Of a DNA stretch of 64,000 bases, positions 14,002 to 24,689 are shown one piece after another; position 1 is the first letter of the stretch, and each line of letters begins with the position of its first letter. The DNA comes from Octopus vulgaris (lineage: Eukaryota): positions 4,092,001 to 4,156,000 of the forward strand of contig OX597836.1 in the NCBI GenBank assembly GCA_951406725.2, in the 5' to 3' direction. The notes beneath the pieces were generated by a model that worked only from the letters and a program-made list of their open reading frames with translations, was not told the DNA's origin and ran no database searches. Position numbers and translations under genes: made by a program.

Positions 14002-16155
14002 TTAATTGTTTGTCGTAGACCCGTTAAGAAGTGGCTTGTATTTTGTAATAAAGAGATTTTCTTTACTTATTCTTTGTCTCGAGGTTGTATCGTCCCTAAA
14101 TTGGTAGAGGGGGAAAATTCTGAAGTTTGGTGTTTTTTTGTTGGCGCAAGTATCTATGTGTTGGCTAAAAGCTATTTTTCTGTTTTGGGGAATTTTTATC
14201 TGGGATCTGTGCAGGGCCATTCGTTTACGCAAACCATTTTTTGTTTGGCCTATGTACTGCTCTTGACACCCGGAGCAGGTTAGTGAGTATATTAGGTTCT
14301 CCGAAGCACATGTGAAGTTGCTTTTCACTGTAAACCGTTGTCCCTGTTTGAAGGAGAACTCAGACCCCTCGATTAGATAGTCGCATATCCCGCAATTGGG
14401 TCTTCCACATTTTTTTACTGTCGGCTTCTGTGTTGAAGAGTGAATTCGGGCTTGTGTAAGGAGACTTTTCATGGATCTAGGCTGTCTTTTGCTTTTTATG
14501 ATCGTGTGTGTTTGGAGGATTGTGTTCATTCTGTGGTCTTTTTTTAGGAGGGGTATGTTGTGGAGGATGGTGTCGAAGGCTTCGTTATTGAGAGGGTTGT
14601 GTGTGGAGATGTATGGTAAGGCTTTTGGTTGTAAGTTTTTCTTTGATTTGGGATGTCTCAGTTCCTTGATGTTAAGTTGAAGGGCACGTTGAATGCACTT
14701 GTCAATAAGTGAAGGTGGATAGTTCCTGGTGATTAGGGTATCTTTTAGTTCTTGTAGTCGTGTGTCTCTGGTGTTTGCGTTAGAGACTATAGTGCATATC
14801 CTTTTTGCTAGATTGAAGGGGATATTCATCCTGGTGTGTCTGGGGTGGCATGAATTGAATGGAAGATATTGCTTAGAGTCTGTAGGCTTATAGTATATGT
14901 CTGTTTCTATTATATTATTAGCTTTCTTAATGAGGATATCGAGGAAGGGGAGTTGTTGTTGGCTATATTCCATCGTGAATTGGATGTTTACGTCCAGTCC
15001 GTTTAAAATTTTCTGGAATTCTATGAGTTTTTCTATATTTTTATGCCAAAGGATGAAACAGTCATCTAGATATCTCTTCCAGTTGTTTTCTATGTAGATG
15101 GAGAAAGGGCTGCCATATCTTTCTAGAACCTTACGATACAGACTGATCTCTAGGTATCCTATGACTAGGTTGGCAAAGGAGGGGGCCATTCGTGTACCCA
15201 TCGCAGTCCCCGATTTTTGTCGGTAGAAGTTGTCATTGAAGGCGAAGAAGTTATTTTCCAGGATGAATTTAACCCCTTCTATCACAAATTCTTTTTTGAT
15301 GCGGTGTGGTAGTTCGTTGGCGTGATTCTCTAGCCAGAATTGGATTGCCTCTAGTCCTAGGTTGTGGGGGATATTGGAGTAGAGGTTGACTACATCGAAG
15401 GATACCAGTATGGTGTTTTTGTTTATAGTATTCGGTAGGTGATTGAGCATATCTAAGTCGTCCCTTATATAGCTTTTGACATGTTTGAGGAGTGGTTTTA
15501 ACAGGGTGTCTAAAAAGTTACTGAGGCGGTGGGTTTCGCATGCGGGACCTGCTATTATGGGTCTCAATTTGAGGTCATTAGGATTAGGGACTTTAATTAT
15601 TTTGTCTGTAGCTATCTTGCATGCGTTGCTTATTTTTTCACTTTTGTGGATCTTAGGTATACCGTAGAATTGGCTAGTTTTACTTGTGAAATTGGTCATA
15701 TAATCATATTCTTTGTCGGTGAGCCCTGCTTTGTATGGGTTTAATATGGATTTTAGTTCCCTCATTATTTTTTGTTGACTGTAGTTTTGTGCCTTTTCAT
15801 AGTATGTTGTGTCTTCCAGCATAGAAAGTACCAAAGTTATGTAAAATGTCGTATCCATTAAGACAACAGCACTCCCTTTATCGGCCTCTTTGATTGTTAT
15901 TGTTTTATCTAGTTTTAATTTGTTCAACTCAGCCCATTCTTTTTTGCTGAAGTTTGGTTTGTGTTTTTGTTTGTGCATATGTTGATATGGGTAATTTGAT
16001 ATGTGGTCACAGAAATCATCAAGTGTTTTATTCTTACCTTTCGAGGGGGTGTAGTTACTCCTATTTCTGGCTAACGATTCGTCCTCGTTGTATTTATCGT
16101 ATAGCTCCTCAGTAAGTCTTAATTTTCTGCAGAATTCTGCGATGTCTTCTTTCAT
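14002..16155 (-). CDS. PLE reverse transcriptase / GIY-YIG endonuclease (frame open further to 16356)
   Basis: ADKG motif, RPIIAG, LVSFDVVNLYSNI, QKSGTAMG..MAP, RYLDD, FLDI, CGRPNCGIC linker, NLIYSLTCSGCQEQYIGQT. Confidence 0.93.
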   Translation of the reverse strand: MKEDIAEFCRKLRLTEELYDKYNEDESLARNRSNYTPSKGKNKTLDDFCDHISNYPYQHMHKQKHKPNFSKKEWAELNKLKLDKTITIKEADKGSAVVLMDTTFYITLVLSMLEDTTYYEKAQNYSQQKIMRELKSILNPYKAGLTDKEYDYMTNFTSKTSQFYGIPKIHKSEKISNACKIATDKIIKVPNPNDLKLRPIIAGPACETHRLSNFLDTLLKPLLKHVKSYIRDDLDMLNHLPNTINKNTILVSFDVVNLYSNIPHNLGLEAIQFWLENHANELPHRIKKEFVIEGVKFILENNFFAFNDNFYRQKSGTAMGTRMAPSFANLVIGYLEISLYRKVLERYGSPFSIYIENNWKRYLDDCFILWHKNIEKLIEFQKILNGLDVNIQFTMEYSQQQLPFLDILIKKANNIIETDIYYKPTDSKQYLPFNSCHPRHTRMNIPFNLAKRICTIVSNANTRDTRLQELKDTLITRNYPPSLIDKCIQRALQLNIKELRHPKSKKNLQPKALPYISTHNPLNNEAFDTILHNIPLLKKDHRMNTILQTHTIIKSKRQPRSMKSLLTQARIHSSTQKPTVKKCGRPNCGICDYLIEGSEFSFKQGQRFTVKSNFTCASENLIYSLTCSGCQEQYIGQTKNGLRKRMALHRSQIKIPQNRKIAFSQHIDTCANKKTPNFRIFPLYQFRDDTTSRQRISKENLFITKYKPLLNGSTTNN

Positions 16156-16367
16156 TTCATTGTAGTTGGGGTGTTGTGGGGTGGGTGTAAACTTGAGTCC
16201 TTTGGAAAGTATGTTTATTTGGTTTGCTGTTAGTTCCTTGTGAGTTAGATTAATAATTTTTATTACTTTTGGTTCCTCCTGCTTGTTTGGTGCTATCTTG
16301 TGTCTCTGTGTTTGCGTATTGGGTCTAAAAAATGAATGCGGTGGTTGGGACGGTAGCTAGTATATAG

Positions 16368-17432
16368 TTGTTCTTTGGAAACTTATGCGAAACAATTAGA
16401 ACATTTTTCTCTAACAACGCTAACCAAGGACCTCCAAACGCGTCAATATATGGGATCAATACTCTAACAACATACCAAATGAAACACCACATAATACCAC
16501 AATGGAACAAATCACTCAGAGATAGAAAGTTCGCCTTTTGGAAGATGATCCAAAACAACAACAAAGCGGATATATACGAAAAATGGCTCAACCGGACCCC
16601 GTTAATCCTCCCACGTAAATTCCAGTTCAAAGCTATTACAGAAGAACCTGAAACACAAAGACACCTCAGGGAGAGAATGGCACTGGAAAAAATGAAAATG
16701 GAAATAGAACTTCTGAAATTGAGGGCCCAAACGAATGAGGATAAAATAAAATCCACCGATGAAGATATCAACGAAGAAATTCGCAAAATGACCCAAGGCC
16801 CAGATCAAGAGAAGTTCTCCAAACTATGGAAAGAGGACTGTGAAAAAGAAGAACTAAAATCTCTCCAACGCTGGGAGAAAAGCGCCACTTGGTTCTCAGA
16901 CTATGAAGCCGTCTTTCAAACAGAGCACGCCTCCAACAACCCTTTCCAGAAAATAAGAAAACCAAAACAACACCCAAACACCGATACACACCCGTCTAAA
17001 AATCGGAACCTTCACTACTATCAAAAAAAGAATACAGGACCTAACCCCAACTCTGTAAGCAGCCAGCGATACAATATCAGGAATACCCCCACTTCAAGCA
17101 GAGAAAGGATAAATCAACACCCACAGCATAGACACTGCAACCTCATCCCCACCCAAAGGAGTTACCAACGAAATCTTCGTCCCATTAACCGGTTAAACAA
17201 CCATGCACAACAAACCCACACCACTTGCAATGATTACCAACGAAGGCCTCCTAGAACACCACACCCGAATATGGGATATCGGGATGCTCTCCTCAATACT
17301 GCTCCAAGAACACACACCACAAATCACAACAGGAGACCCCTAATCAACAAAGAACAACTATATACTAGCTACCGTCCCAACCACCGCATTCATTTTTTAG
17401 ACCCAATACGCAAACACAGAGACACAAGATAG
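16368..17432 (+). CDS. 5'-truncated ORF1 of the PLE: predicted coiled-coil plus basic low-complexity region
   Basis: 354 open codons with the same base bias as the RT ORF; E/K-rich heptad-like stretch (RHLRERMALEKMKMEIELLKLRAQ) followed by an R/P/N/H-rich tail. The annotated TTG start lies within the inverted arm, so the true start is missing. Confidence 0.7.
   Translation: MFFGNLCETIRTFFSNNANQGPPNASIYGINTLTTYQMKHHIIPQWNKSLRDRKFAFWKMIQNNNKADIYEKWLNRTPLILPRKFQFKAITEEPETQRHLRERMALEKMKMEIELLKLRAQTNEDKIKSTDEDINEEIRKMTQGPDQEKFSKLWKEDCEKEELKSLQRWEKSATWFSDYEAVFQTEHASNNPFQKIRKPKQHPNTDTHPSKNRNLHYYQKKNTGPNPNSVSSQRYNIRNTPTSSRERINQHPQHRHCNLIPTQRSYQRNLRPINRLNNHAQQTHTTCNDYQRRPPRTPHPNMGYRDALLNTAPRTHTTNHNRRPLINKEQLYTSYRPNHRIHFLDPIRKHRDTR
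17393..17399 (+). promoter_or_regulatory. Candidate -1 ribosomal frameshift heptamer U UUU UUA (alternatively a 3' splice site ending at 17400)
   Basis: ORF1 codons CAT TTT TTA GAC; the RT frame is -1 and open from 17369. Confidence 0.6.
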
Positions 17433-17569
17433 CACCAAACAAGCAGGAGGAACCAAAAGTAATAAAAATTATTAATCTAACTCACAAGGAACTAACAGCA
17501 AACCAAATAAACATACTTTCCAAAGGACTCAAGTTTACACCCACCCCACAACACCCCAACTACAATGAA

Positions 17570-19723
17570 ATGAAAGAAGACATCGCAGAATTCTGCAGAA
17601 AATTAAGACTTACTGAGGAGCTATACGATAAATACAACGAGGACGAATCGTTAGCCAGAAATAGGAGTAACTACACCCCCTCGAAAGGTAAGAATAAAAC
17701 ACTTGATGATTTCTGTGACCACATATCAAATTACCCATATCAACATATGCACAAACAAAAACACAAACCAAACTTCAGCAAAAAAGAATGGGCTGAGTTG
17801 AACAAATTAAAACTAGATAAAACAATAACAATCAAAGAGGCCGATAAAGGGAGTGCTGTTGTCTTAATGGATACGACATTTTACATAACTTTGGTACTTT
17901 CTATGCTGGAAGACACAACATACTATGAAAAGGCACAAAACTACAGTCAACAAAAAATAATGAGGGAACTAAAATCCATATTAAACCCATACAAAGCAGG
18001 GCTCACCGACAAAGAATATGATTATATGACCAATTTCACAAGTAAAACTAGCCAATTCTACGGTATACCTAAGATCCACAAAAGTGAAAAAATAAGCAAC
18101 GCATGCAAGATAGCTACAGACAAAATAATTAAAGTCCCTAATCCTAATGACCTCAAATTGAGACCCATAATAGCAGGTCCCGCATGCGAAACCCACCGCC
18201 TCAGTAACTTTTTAGACACCCTGTTAAAACCACTCCTCAAACATGTCAAAAGCTATATAAGGGACGACTTAGATATGCTCAATCACCTACCGAATACTAT
18301 AAACAAAAACACCATACTGGTATCCTTCGATGTAGTCAACCTCTACTCCAATATCCCCCACAACCTAGGACTAGAGGCAATCCAATTCTGGCTAGAGAAT
18401 CACGCCAACGAACTACCACACCGCATCAAAAAAGAATTTGTGATAGAAGGGGTTAAATTCATCCTGGAAAATAACTTCTTCGCCTTCAATGACAACTTCT
18501 ACCGACAAAAATCGGGGACTGCGATGGGTACACGAATGGCCCCCTCCTTTGCCAACCTAGTCATAGGATACCTAGAGATCAGTCTGTATCGTAAGGTTCT
18601 AGAAAGATATGGCAGCCCTTTCTCCATCTACATAGAAAACAACTGGAAGAGATATCTAGATGACTGTTTCATCCTTTGGCATAAAAATATAGAAAAACTC
18701 ATAGAATTCCAGAAAATTTTAAACGGACTGGACGTAAACATCCAATTCACGATGGAATATAGCCAACAACAACTCCCCTTCCTCGATATCCTCATTAAGA
18801 AAGCTAATAATATAATAGAAACAGACATATACTATAAGCCTACAGACTCTAAGCAATATCTTCCATTCAATTCATGCCACCCCAGACACACCAGGATGAA
18901 TATCCCCTTCAATCTAGCAAAAAGGATATGCACTATAGTCTCTAACGCAAACACCAGAGACACACGACTACAAGAACTAAAAGATACCCTAATCACCAGG
19001 AACTATCCACCTTCACTTATTGACAAGTGCATTCAACGTGCCCTTCAACTTAACATCAAGGAACTGAGACATCCCAAATCAAAGAAAAACTTACAACCAA
19101 AAGCCTTACCATACATCTCCACACACAACCCTCTCAATAACGAAGCCTTCGACACCATCCTCCACAACATACCCCTCCTAAAAAAAGACCACAGAATGAA
19201 CACAATCCTCCAAACACACACGATCATAAAAAGCAAAAGACAGCCTAGATCCATGAAAAGTCTCCTTACACAAGCTCGAATTCACTCTTCAACACAGAAG
19301 CCGACAGTAAAAAAATGTGGAAGACCCAATTGCGGGATATGCGACTATCTAATCGAGGGGTCTGAGTTCTCCTTCAAACAGGGACAACGGTTTACAGTGA
19401 AAAGCAACTTCACATGTGCTTCGGAGAACCTAATATACTCACTAACCTGCTCCGGGTGTCAAGAGCAGTACATAGGCCAAACAAAAAATGGTTTGCGTAA
19501 ACGAATGGCCCTGCACAGATCCCAGATAAAAATTCCCCAAAACAGAAAAATAGCTTTTAGCCAACACATAGATACTTGCGCCAACAAAAAAACACCAAAC
19601 TTCAGAATTTTCCCCCTCTACCAATTTAGGGACGATACAACCTCGAGACAAAGAATAAGTAAAGAAAATCTCTTTATTACAAAATACAAGCCACTTCTTA
19701 ACGGGTCTACGACAAACAATTAA
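17570..19723 (+). CDS. PLE reverse transcriptase / GIY-YIG endonuclease (frame open from 17369)
   Basis: Same motifs as the left copy. The conserved PLE N-terminal motif IINLTHKELTANQINILSKGLKFTPTP lies in frame upstream of the first ATG. Confidence 0.93.
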   Translation: MKEDIAEFCRKLRLTEELYDKYNEDESLARNRSNYTPSKGKNKTLDDFCDHISNYPYQHMHKQKHKPNFSKKEWAELNKLKLDKTITIKEADKGSAVVLMDTTFYITLVLSMLEDTTYYEKAQNYSQQKIMRELKSILNPYKAGLTDKEYDYMTNFTSKTSQFYGIPKIHKSEKISNACKIATDKIIKVPNPNDLKLRPIIAGPACETHRLSNFLDTLLKPLLKHVKSYIRDDLDMLNHLPNTINKNTILVSFDVVNLYSNIPHNLGLEAIQFWLENHANELPHRIKKEFVIEGVKFILENNFFAFNDNFYRQKSGTAMGTRMAPSFANLVIGYLEISLYRKVLERYGSPFSIYIENNWKRYLDDCFILWHKNIEKLIEFQKILNGLDVNIQFTMEYSQQQLPFLDILIKKANNIIETDIYYKPTDSKQYLPFNSCHPRHTRMNIPFNLAKRICTIVSNANTRDTRLQELKDTLITRNYPPSLIDKCIQRALQLNIKELRHPKSKKNLQPKALPYISTHNPLNNEAFDTILHNIPLLKKDHRMNTILQTHTIIKSKRQPRSMKSLLTQARIHSSTQKPTVKKCGRPNCGICDYLIEGSEFSFKQGQRFTVKSNFTCASENLIYSLTCSGCQEQYIGQTKNGLRKRMALHRSQIKIPQNRKIAFSQHIDTCANKKTPNFRIFPLYQFRDDTTSRQRISKENLFITKYKPLLNGSTTNN

Positions 19724-19854
19724 TATACCTCAACTTTAGAATAAAAGAAAAAAATATATATACACACACAAATACTACACTCCATAGAATCCATTACTAA
19801 TCAGCCCCTTCATAGCTATATTTACACCCATTCATATTCTCCCTTCTCTGTTTT

Positions 19855-20082
19855 TTTCTTCTTCTTCTTCTTCATCATCATCGTTATCATCATCATCGGC
19901 GTCATCATCATCACCACCATCATCACCACCATCTTCTCCTTCTCTCCTTCTTCTTCTTCTTCTTCTTCTTCTTCTTCTTCTTCATCATCATCGTTATCAT
20001 CATCATCGTCGTCATAATCATCACCACCATCACCATCATCTTCTCCTTCTCCTTCTTCTTCTTCTTCTCCTTCTTCTTCTCC
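19855..20082. repeat. (CTT)n/(CAT)n trinucleotide block in the PLE 3' UTR (right arm)
   Basis: Direct reading; two ~120 bp sub-units. Confidence 0.9.
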
Positions 20083-20412
20083 ACCCCCTACCCCTTAAGT
20101 TTGTCACTAATGTTTTTTAGTATAACACCTACGCTAATTCTATAAACAATCCTGAATTGAACTGAGACTGCCAGCCGCCACTGACCATTCAAAATACGAC
20201 CATCAGGGCACTCCCAGATTCTCCCACCCCCTTTCCTCACCAGCCTTCCCTCTACTACCCTACCAAGAACTCACAACTACCTCGAACACACAAGTGCAAA
20301 CAAGGGAGTCAGAGAAAGGCAGAATGCCACTTAAATCTGAACACTACTATAGAAATATTCTTTTAAAAAAACTTTTCTTCTAATTTTTCTAAATTTAATT
20401 ATTTAATCGTTA

Positions 20413-20450
20413 CAGTTGAAAAGGTCTCAAAATGACCGAAACCGGTACTG
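20413..20450 (+). ncRNA. Minimal type I hammerhead ribozyme, U3:A8 variant
   Basis: CAG-TTGAAAA-GGTC-tcaaaat-GACC-GAAA-CCGG-TA-CTG: stem I CAG/CTG, stem II GGTC/GACC, palindromic stem III ACCGGT, UA cleavage site. Confidence 0.65.
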
Positions 20451-21055
20451 AAATGTTCACTATAAAATTATTTTAGCATTTTCTATTTTTTACTTGTTTT
20501 TTCATATATATATATATATATATATATAAATATATACATATTTACTAAAATATACACACGTGCTTATTATATATGTATGTGTACGTATGTGTAAGTTTAC
20601 GCGGAAGTTAAACACTCCTACCACTATTTGTACAAACGAATACACATACATACAAACATAGAAACTCACATTCTGAGACATAAACACACACACTCATACA
20701 CACACACACATTCACACACGCAAGCAGACACAATAAACACATTTCCATAACTACATGTTCAATGTACACAGGTTTTTTGCATAGAAATATACGCACATAA
20801 ATACAGATCCGCACACATAACACGGTGTAGACACAATCATTCGCCAAATGAATAAATAAATTAATTAATTAAAGAAGGATAATGAGGGGAAAAGAAACAC
20901 AAGAAATGAAGAAGAAATCATGAAACACGAAAAAAGAAATACAATACAATGGAATGTACAAAAATGGTTTATCAGATGGCTAACGGTAATTTAGTGATCA
21001 ACCGATGTGATAAAGAGATTATACAACCTGTTATATACACACACTCACACACGCG

Positions 21056-21098
<43 letters not shown>

Positions 21099-21237
21099 TA
21101 TACATGTAGTGTACGGATGTGAGTAGATAGAGTGTTATAGGAATAAATATATAAGTTTATGATATACATACGTACAGACACACACATATATATATATATA
21201 TATATACTTAAATATATATATATATATAAATACATAA

Positions 21238-21278
<41 letters not shown>

Positions 21279-21616
21279 TGTGTGTGTATGCACATACTCA
21301 TACATATTTGCAAACATACATAGACATATTTAAGCGTATGTGTATATATATATGTTAATATATTAATAATAGATAATGTTACATACCTATCTATGTATGT
21401 TTCCTACATGTCTATTTATTCATCTATATACATACATGAAGAAATATATCCGCATCTGTCCATGTATACACCAATTTCTTGGTACATGTATATATATATA
21501 AATCCAAATATATATACACGCGTACATACATACACACACACCACACGCACGCACACATGCACACACGCAAGCTCACACGCACACACGTATATATTGACGT
21601 ACATCTTTATTGATTG

Positions 21617-21656
<40 letters not shown>

Positions 21657-22634
21657 CACACGCAGATATATATTTACACATTTATATATATATGTGTGTG
21701 TGTAATGTACATATGCATACGTGTGTGCCTTGTGCGTATGTGTCTCTGTGTCTGTGTGTGTGCGCGTGATGGGATTCCTAGTCACAAGGTTTGTGATGTA
21801 TGGTAGTTTGGTGCTAACGGAATTGCTAATTTCTCTCTTTTATTCCTCCAGGCACCCCCACCCCCCGCCTCTACAAACCACCGACAACACTTGCCCTCTT
21901 TTTCATTCCTTCTTTCTTTCACTCCACCTCCTCCACCCTCCTCTCTCTCCCTCCCTCTCACGTACACATACTCGCCGAATTGTACACACACACTCCTGCG
22001 CATGCTCAATCTCCCAGATGTAAGTATTCTTCGTTGATAGACCAGCACAAATGAAGTGTCTCTTCCCTCCTGCCCTTACACAGACTCACAGACACACATG
22101 CTGATCACCGTTGCCCCCGAAACCCACACCCTCACTTTAATGCTACTCTTATCATCGATACACATTGTTATGTACCCGTAACAGAATACACACATACTGG
22201 GATACGGTATTTACACACACACAAACACACATACACACACACACACACGGACATAAACACACACGCGCACACACACACATGCTTTTGTATGTATGTGTGA
22301 AAGTATGCACATTATTTGGCAAATCACCCTTCTCTCAATAAACCGGAGTGGTTGTGTGGGAAGTAGCTTGCTTACCAACTGCATGGTTCCGTTTCTCTAC
22401 ATTAAGTACATCACTACCATTCTGAATTCATAGTTTTTCATTCTTAAAATCATTTCTACCTGGATATCCATGAAGGATGTCTTCATAGTAAATCTGAATC
22501 CCAATTTTCTTATACAGTTTCTATCGAGGGTGAACCCTTATTGTTTTCACCAGTTGAGGTCAACACTCCGAGAAATTAACAAAGATTCGAATCTGATATT
22601 AGCAAATACTTAAACCTTCTCCTAGATCGTTAGC

Positions 22635-22815
22635 CACTACACACATTTTTTGTCTCTCCTTGTTTCTCTCCTTGTTTTTTCTGTGTCCCTTTCTGTAGAA
22701 GAGCGTTGGCTCGAAACGAAAAAAGAGTTTTTCTATTCCTGAGCGTTATACTAATACATCTGTTTGTTTTCTACACCACCTGTCTTCGTCTTATGGTTTT
22801 TTCGTAAACTCTCCC
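22635..22815 (+). mobile_element. Short repeat with hammerhead-like motif ending at (TA)n (family H)
   Basis: CTTT-CTGTAGA-A-GAGC-gttg-GCTC-GAAAC; homologous copies at 35190-35345 (-) and 36093-36255 (+). Confidence 0.6.
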
Positions 22816-23519
22816 TATATATATTTGTTCGCTTGTCTTCCATGATAATCTTTCCGTACGCGTTGTCCCTCCAAATCCTTTAGCTGAAATGTCATACGAA
22901 TTCTCCGAATACAGCAAACTCATATGTATATTCCTGAATAAGTTTATATCTGATGTAGGCGTAAATTCATTACTGTTTGTTGAAAATAGTTTTTGAAGTC
23001 ATCAACGAAATCTATAAGCATTTTAACTGAAGAACGAAGTACATTATGAACGTCGATCTTTAAGTTACACTGAAATAATCTGTTAATTGACACAACAAAG
23101 AACTTCTATACTTCTAGAAAATTAGCCTCGGTAGACGCAAACTGAAGTGAAATGACAATTACACGTATGAGATAACATTTCTTATTAATAATGCAAATAA
23201 TAATCTATCTAAGATTTTATTACTAATACCTAAGCGGCTTACATTCAAAGTACTTAGATTTTAAGTAAACAACACCAGCGTATGCTTTGGCAATAGTTTT
23301 ATAAATGGGTGAACTCTGGTTATTTGTTTAGACTTACTCAAGTTATAAAGATATTCATGAGTTTGCAAATTTGAGTTCTAAATACGTGAAAATGGTGCAG
23401 AAATTCTGGTAAATAATTTAGAAAAAACTAAATTTACTGAATCGTGTTAGATTTTAGATTCGTTAAGTTCAGGATTTAATAATTTTCTTCATTTACTTTG
23501 CTACAAGGACAGCAGTATT

Positions 23520-24203
23520 GATGGGAAGGGACAGGTCGATTACGTGGACCTCAGTACTTGACTGGTACTTCCTACCATTGGAACAAGGCCTGAAACTTTG
23601 GGCGAGTGGGTGGGTATAGTCGATAACATCGAGCTCAGTGCAAGACTGCTACTTATGTCACCGACCCTGAAAGGATGGTAAGTAAAGACAACTTCGGAGT
23701 AATTTGAACTCAGAAGGAAATGGCGCTAAGCATTTTGTCCGCCGTGGGACTGATTCTTATTTCTTTATTGACCACCAGGGGCTAAACACAGAGGGGACAA
23801 ACAAGGACATTAGTCGATTATATCGACCGCAATACGTAACTAGTACTTAATTTATCGACCCCGAAATGATGAAAGGCAAAGTCGACCTCGGCGGAATTTG
23901 AACTCAGAATTTGAACAGCAGACGAAACACCGCTACGCATTTCGCCCGGCGTGCTAAAGTTTCTGCTACCTCGCCGCCTTAACATTCTTAGTAATTCTGC
24001 TAGCTTCTAGCTTTAAGATAATGGTCTCTAATTTTCGCAGAAGACCAGCGGTTTTGCCTGTGGAGTGAGTAAGCGATTATAACGATCCTAGTTTTCAACT
24101 GATACTTATTTTGTCGGCCACAAAAGGAATTTTGAACTCAGAACGTAAGGACAGACGAAATGCCGCTAAGCATTGTTTGCGATTCTGCCAGCTCGCCGCC
24201 TTA
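23520..24203 (-). mobile_element. Cluster of three family A SINEs
   Basis: Repeated TCGACCCCGAAA.GATGAAAGGCAAAGTCGACCTCGGCGGAATTTGAACTCAGAA variants; best copy 23760-23980. Confidence 0.75.
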
Positions 24204-24689
24204 CATGATTTAATATCAGCAACATTCACCTTATCAAATTCACTCTATTCTTTCCTAAAAGTCAGGCGTCTAATCTTAACTTTATAATGGGTTGCAGTAC
24301 AACGTCCAGTACCTTGCTTTAGCAACTCCAACGCTGTTATTGGGTTTTTCTCCACTAACATACTAGCCCAATGGGAGGGATAGACTTAGCCCCAGCAGAA
24401 CAGAGGCACACTTTATAAGAAAGCAAGAACCACCGTATGAAGCTGGATGCGTAGAAATACGGCCAGTGCATCCAAGATCTGTAATCGTAAAACAGCAGAA
24501 AACTAACCACCATCACGAAACAGGAAAATATGAATTGAAAGGTTTGATGCATGACCTCCACGGTTCAAAATCGCTCACTAAATGAGCTACCACAGGCGTC
24601 AACAAGGCTGAGTCCAGAGAGAAACGGAACTTAATATGAAAGAAGCACAAAGTGGCGTGTTGGGAGATTCGTTTGCACGTCGACATTCA

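Larger units (their letters stand above)
13211..16377 (-). mobile_element. Penelope-like element, inverted 5'-truncated copy (left arm)
   Basis: Reverse complement of 17348-20513 (coordinate sums 33724-33725); identical 717 aa translation; ends in (TA)n. Confidence 0.95.
16378..20513 (+). mobile_element. Penelope-like element, longer copy (truncated ORF1 + RT/EN ORF + 3' UTR with hammerhead)
   Basis: A/C-rich sense strand throughout; RT-GIY-YIG ORF; 3' end runs into (TA)n. Confidence 0.95.

Noticed and set aside
14074-19651. Small antisense ORFs within the PLE arms
   Set aside because: Shadow ORFs of the RT coding strand
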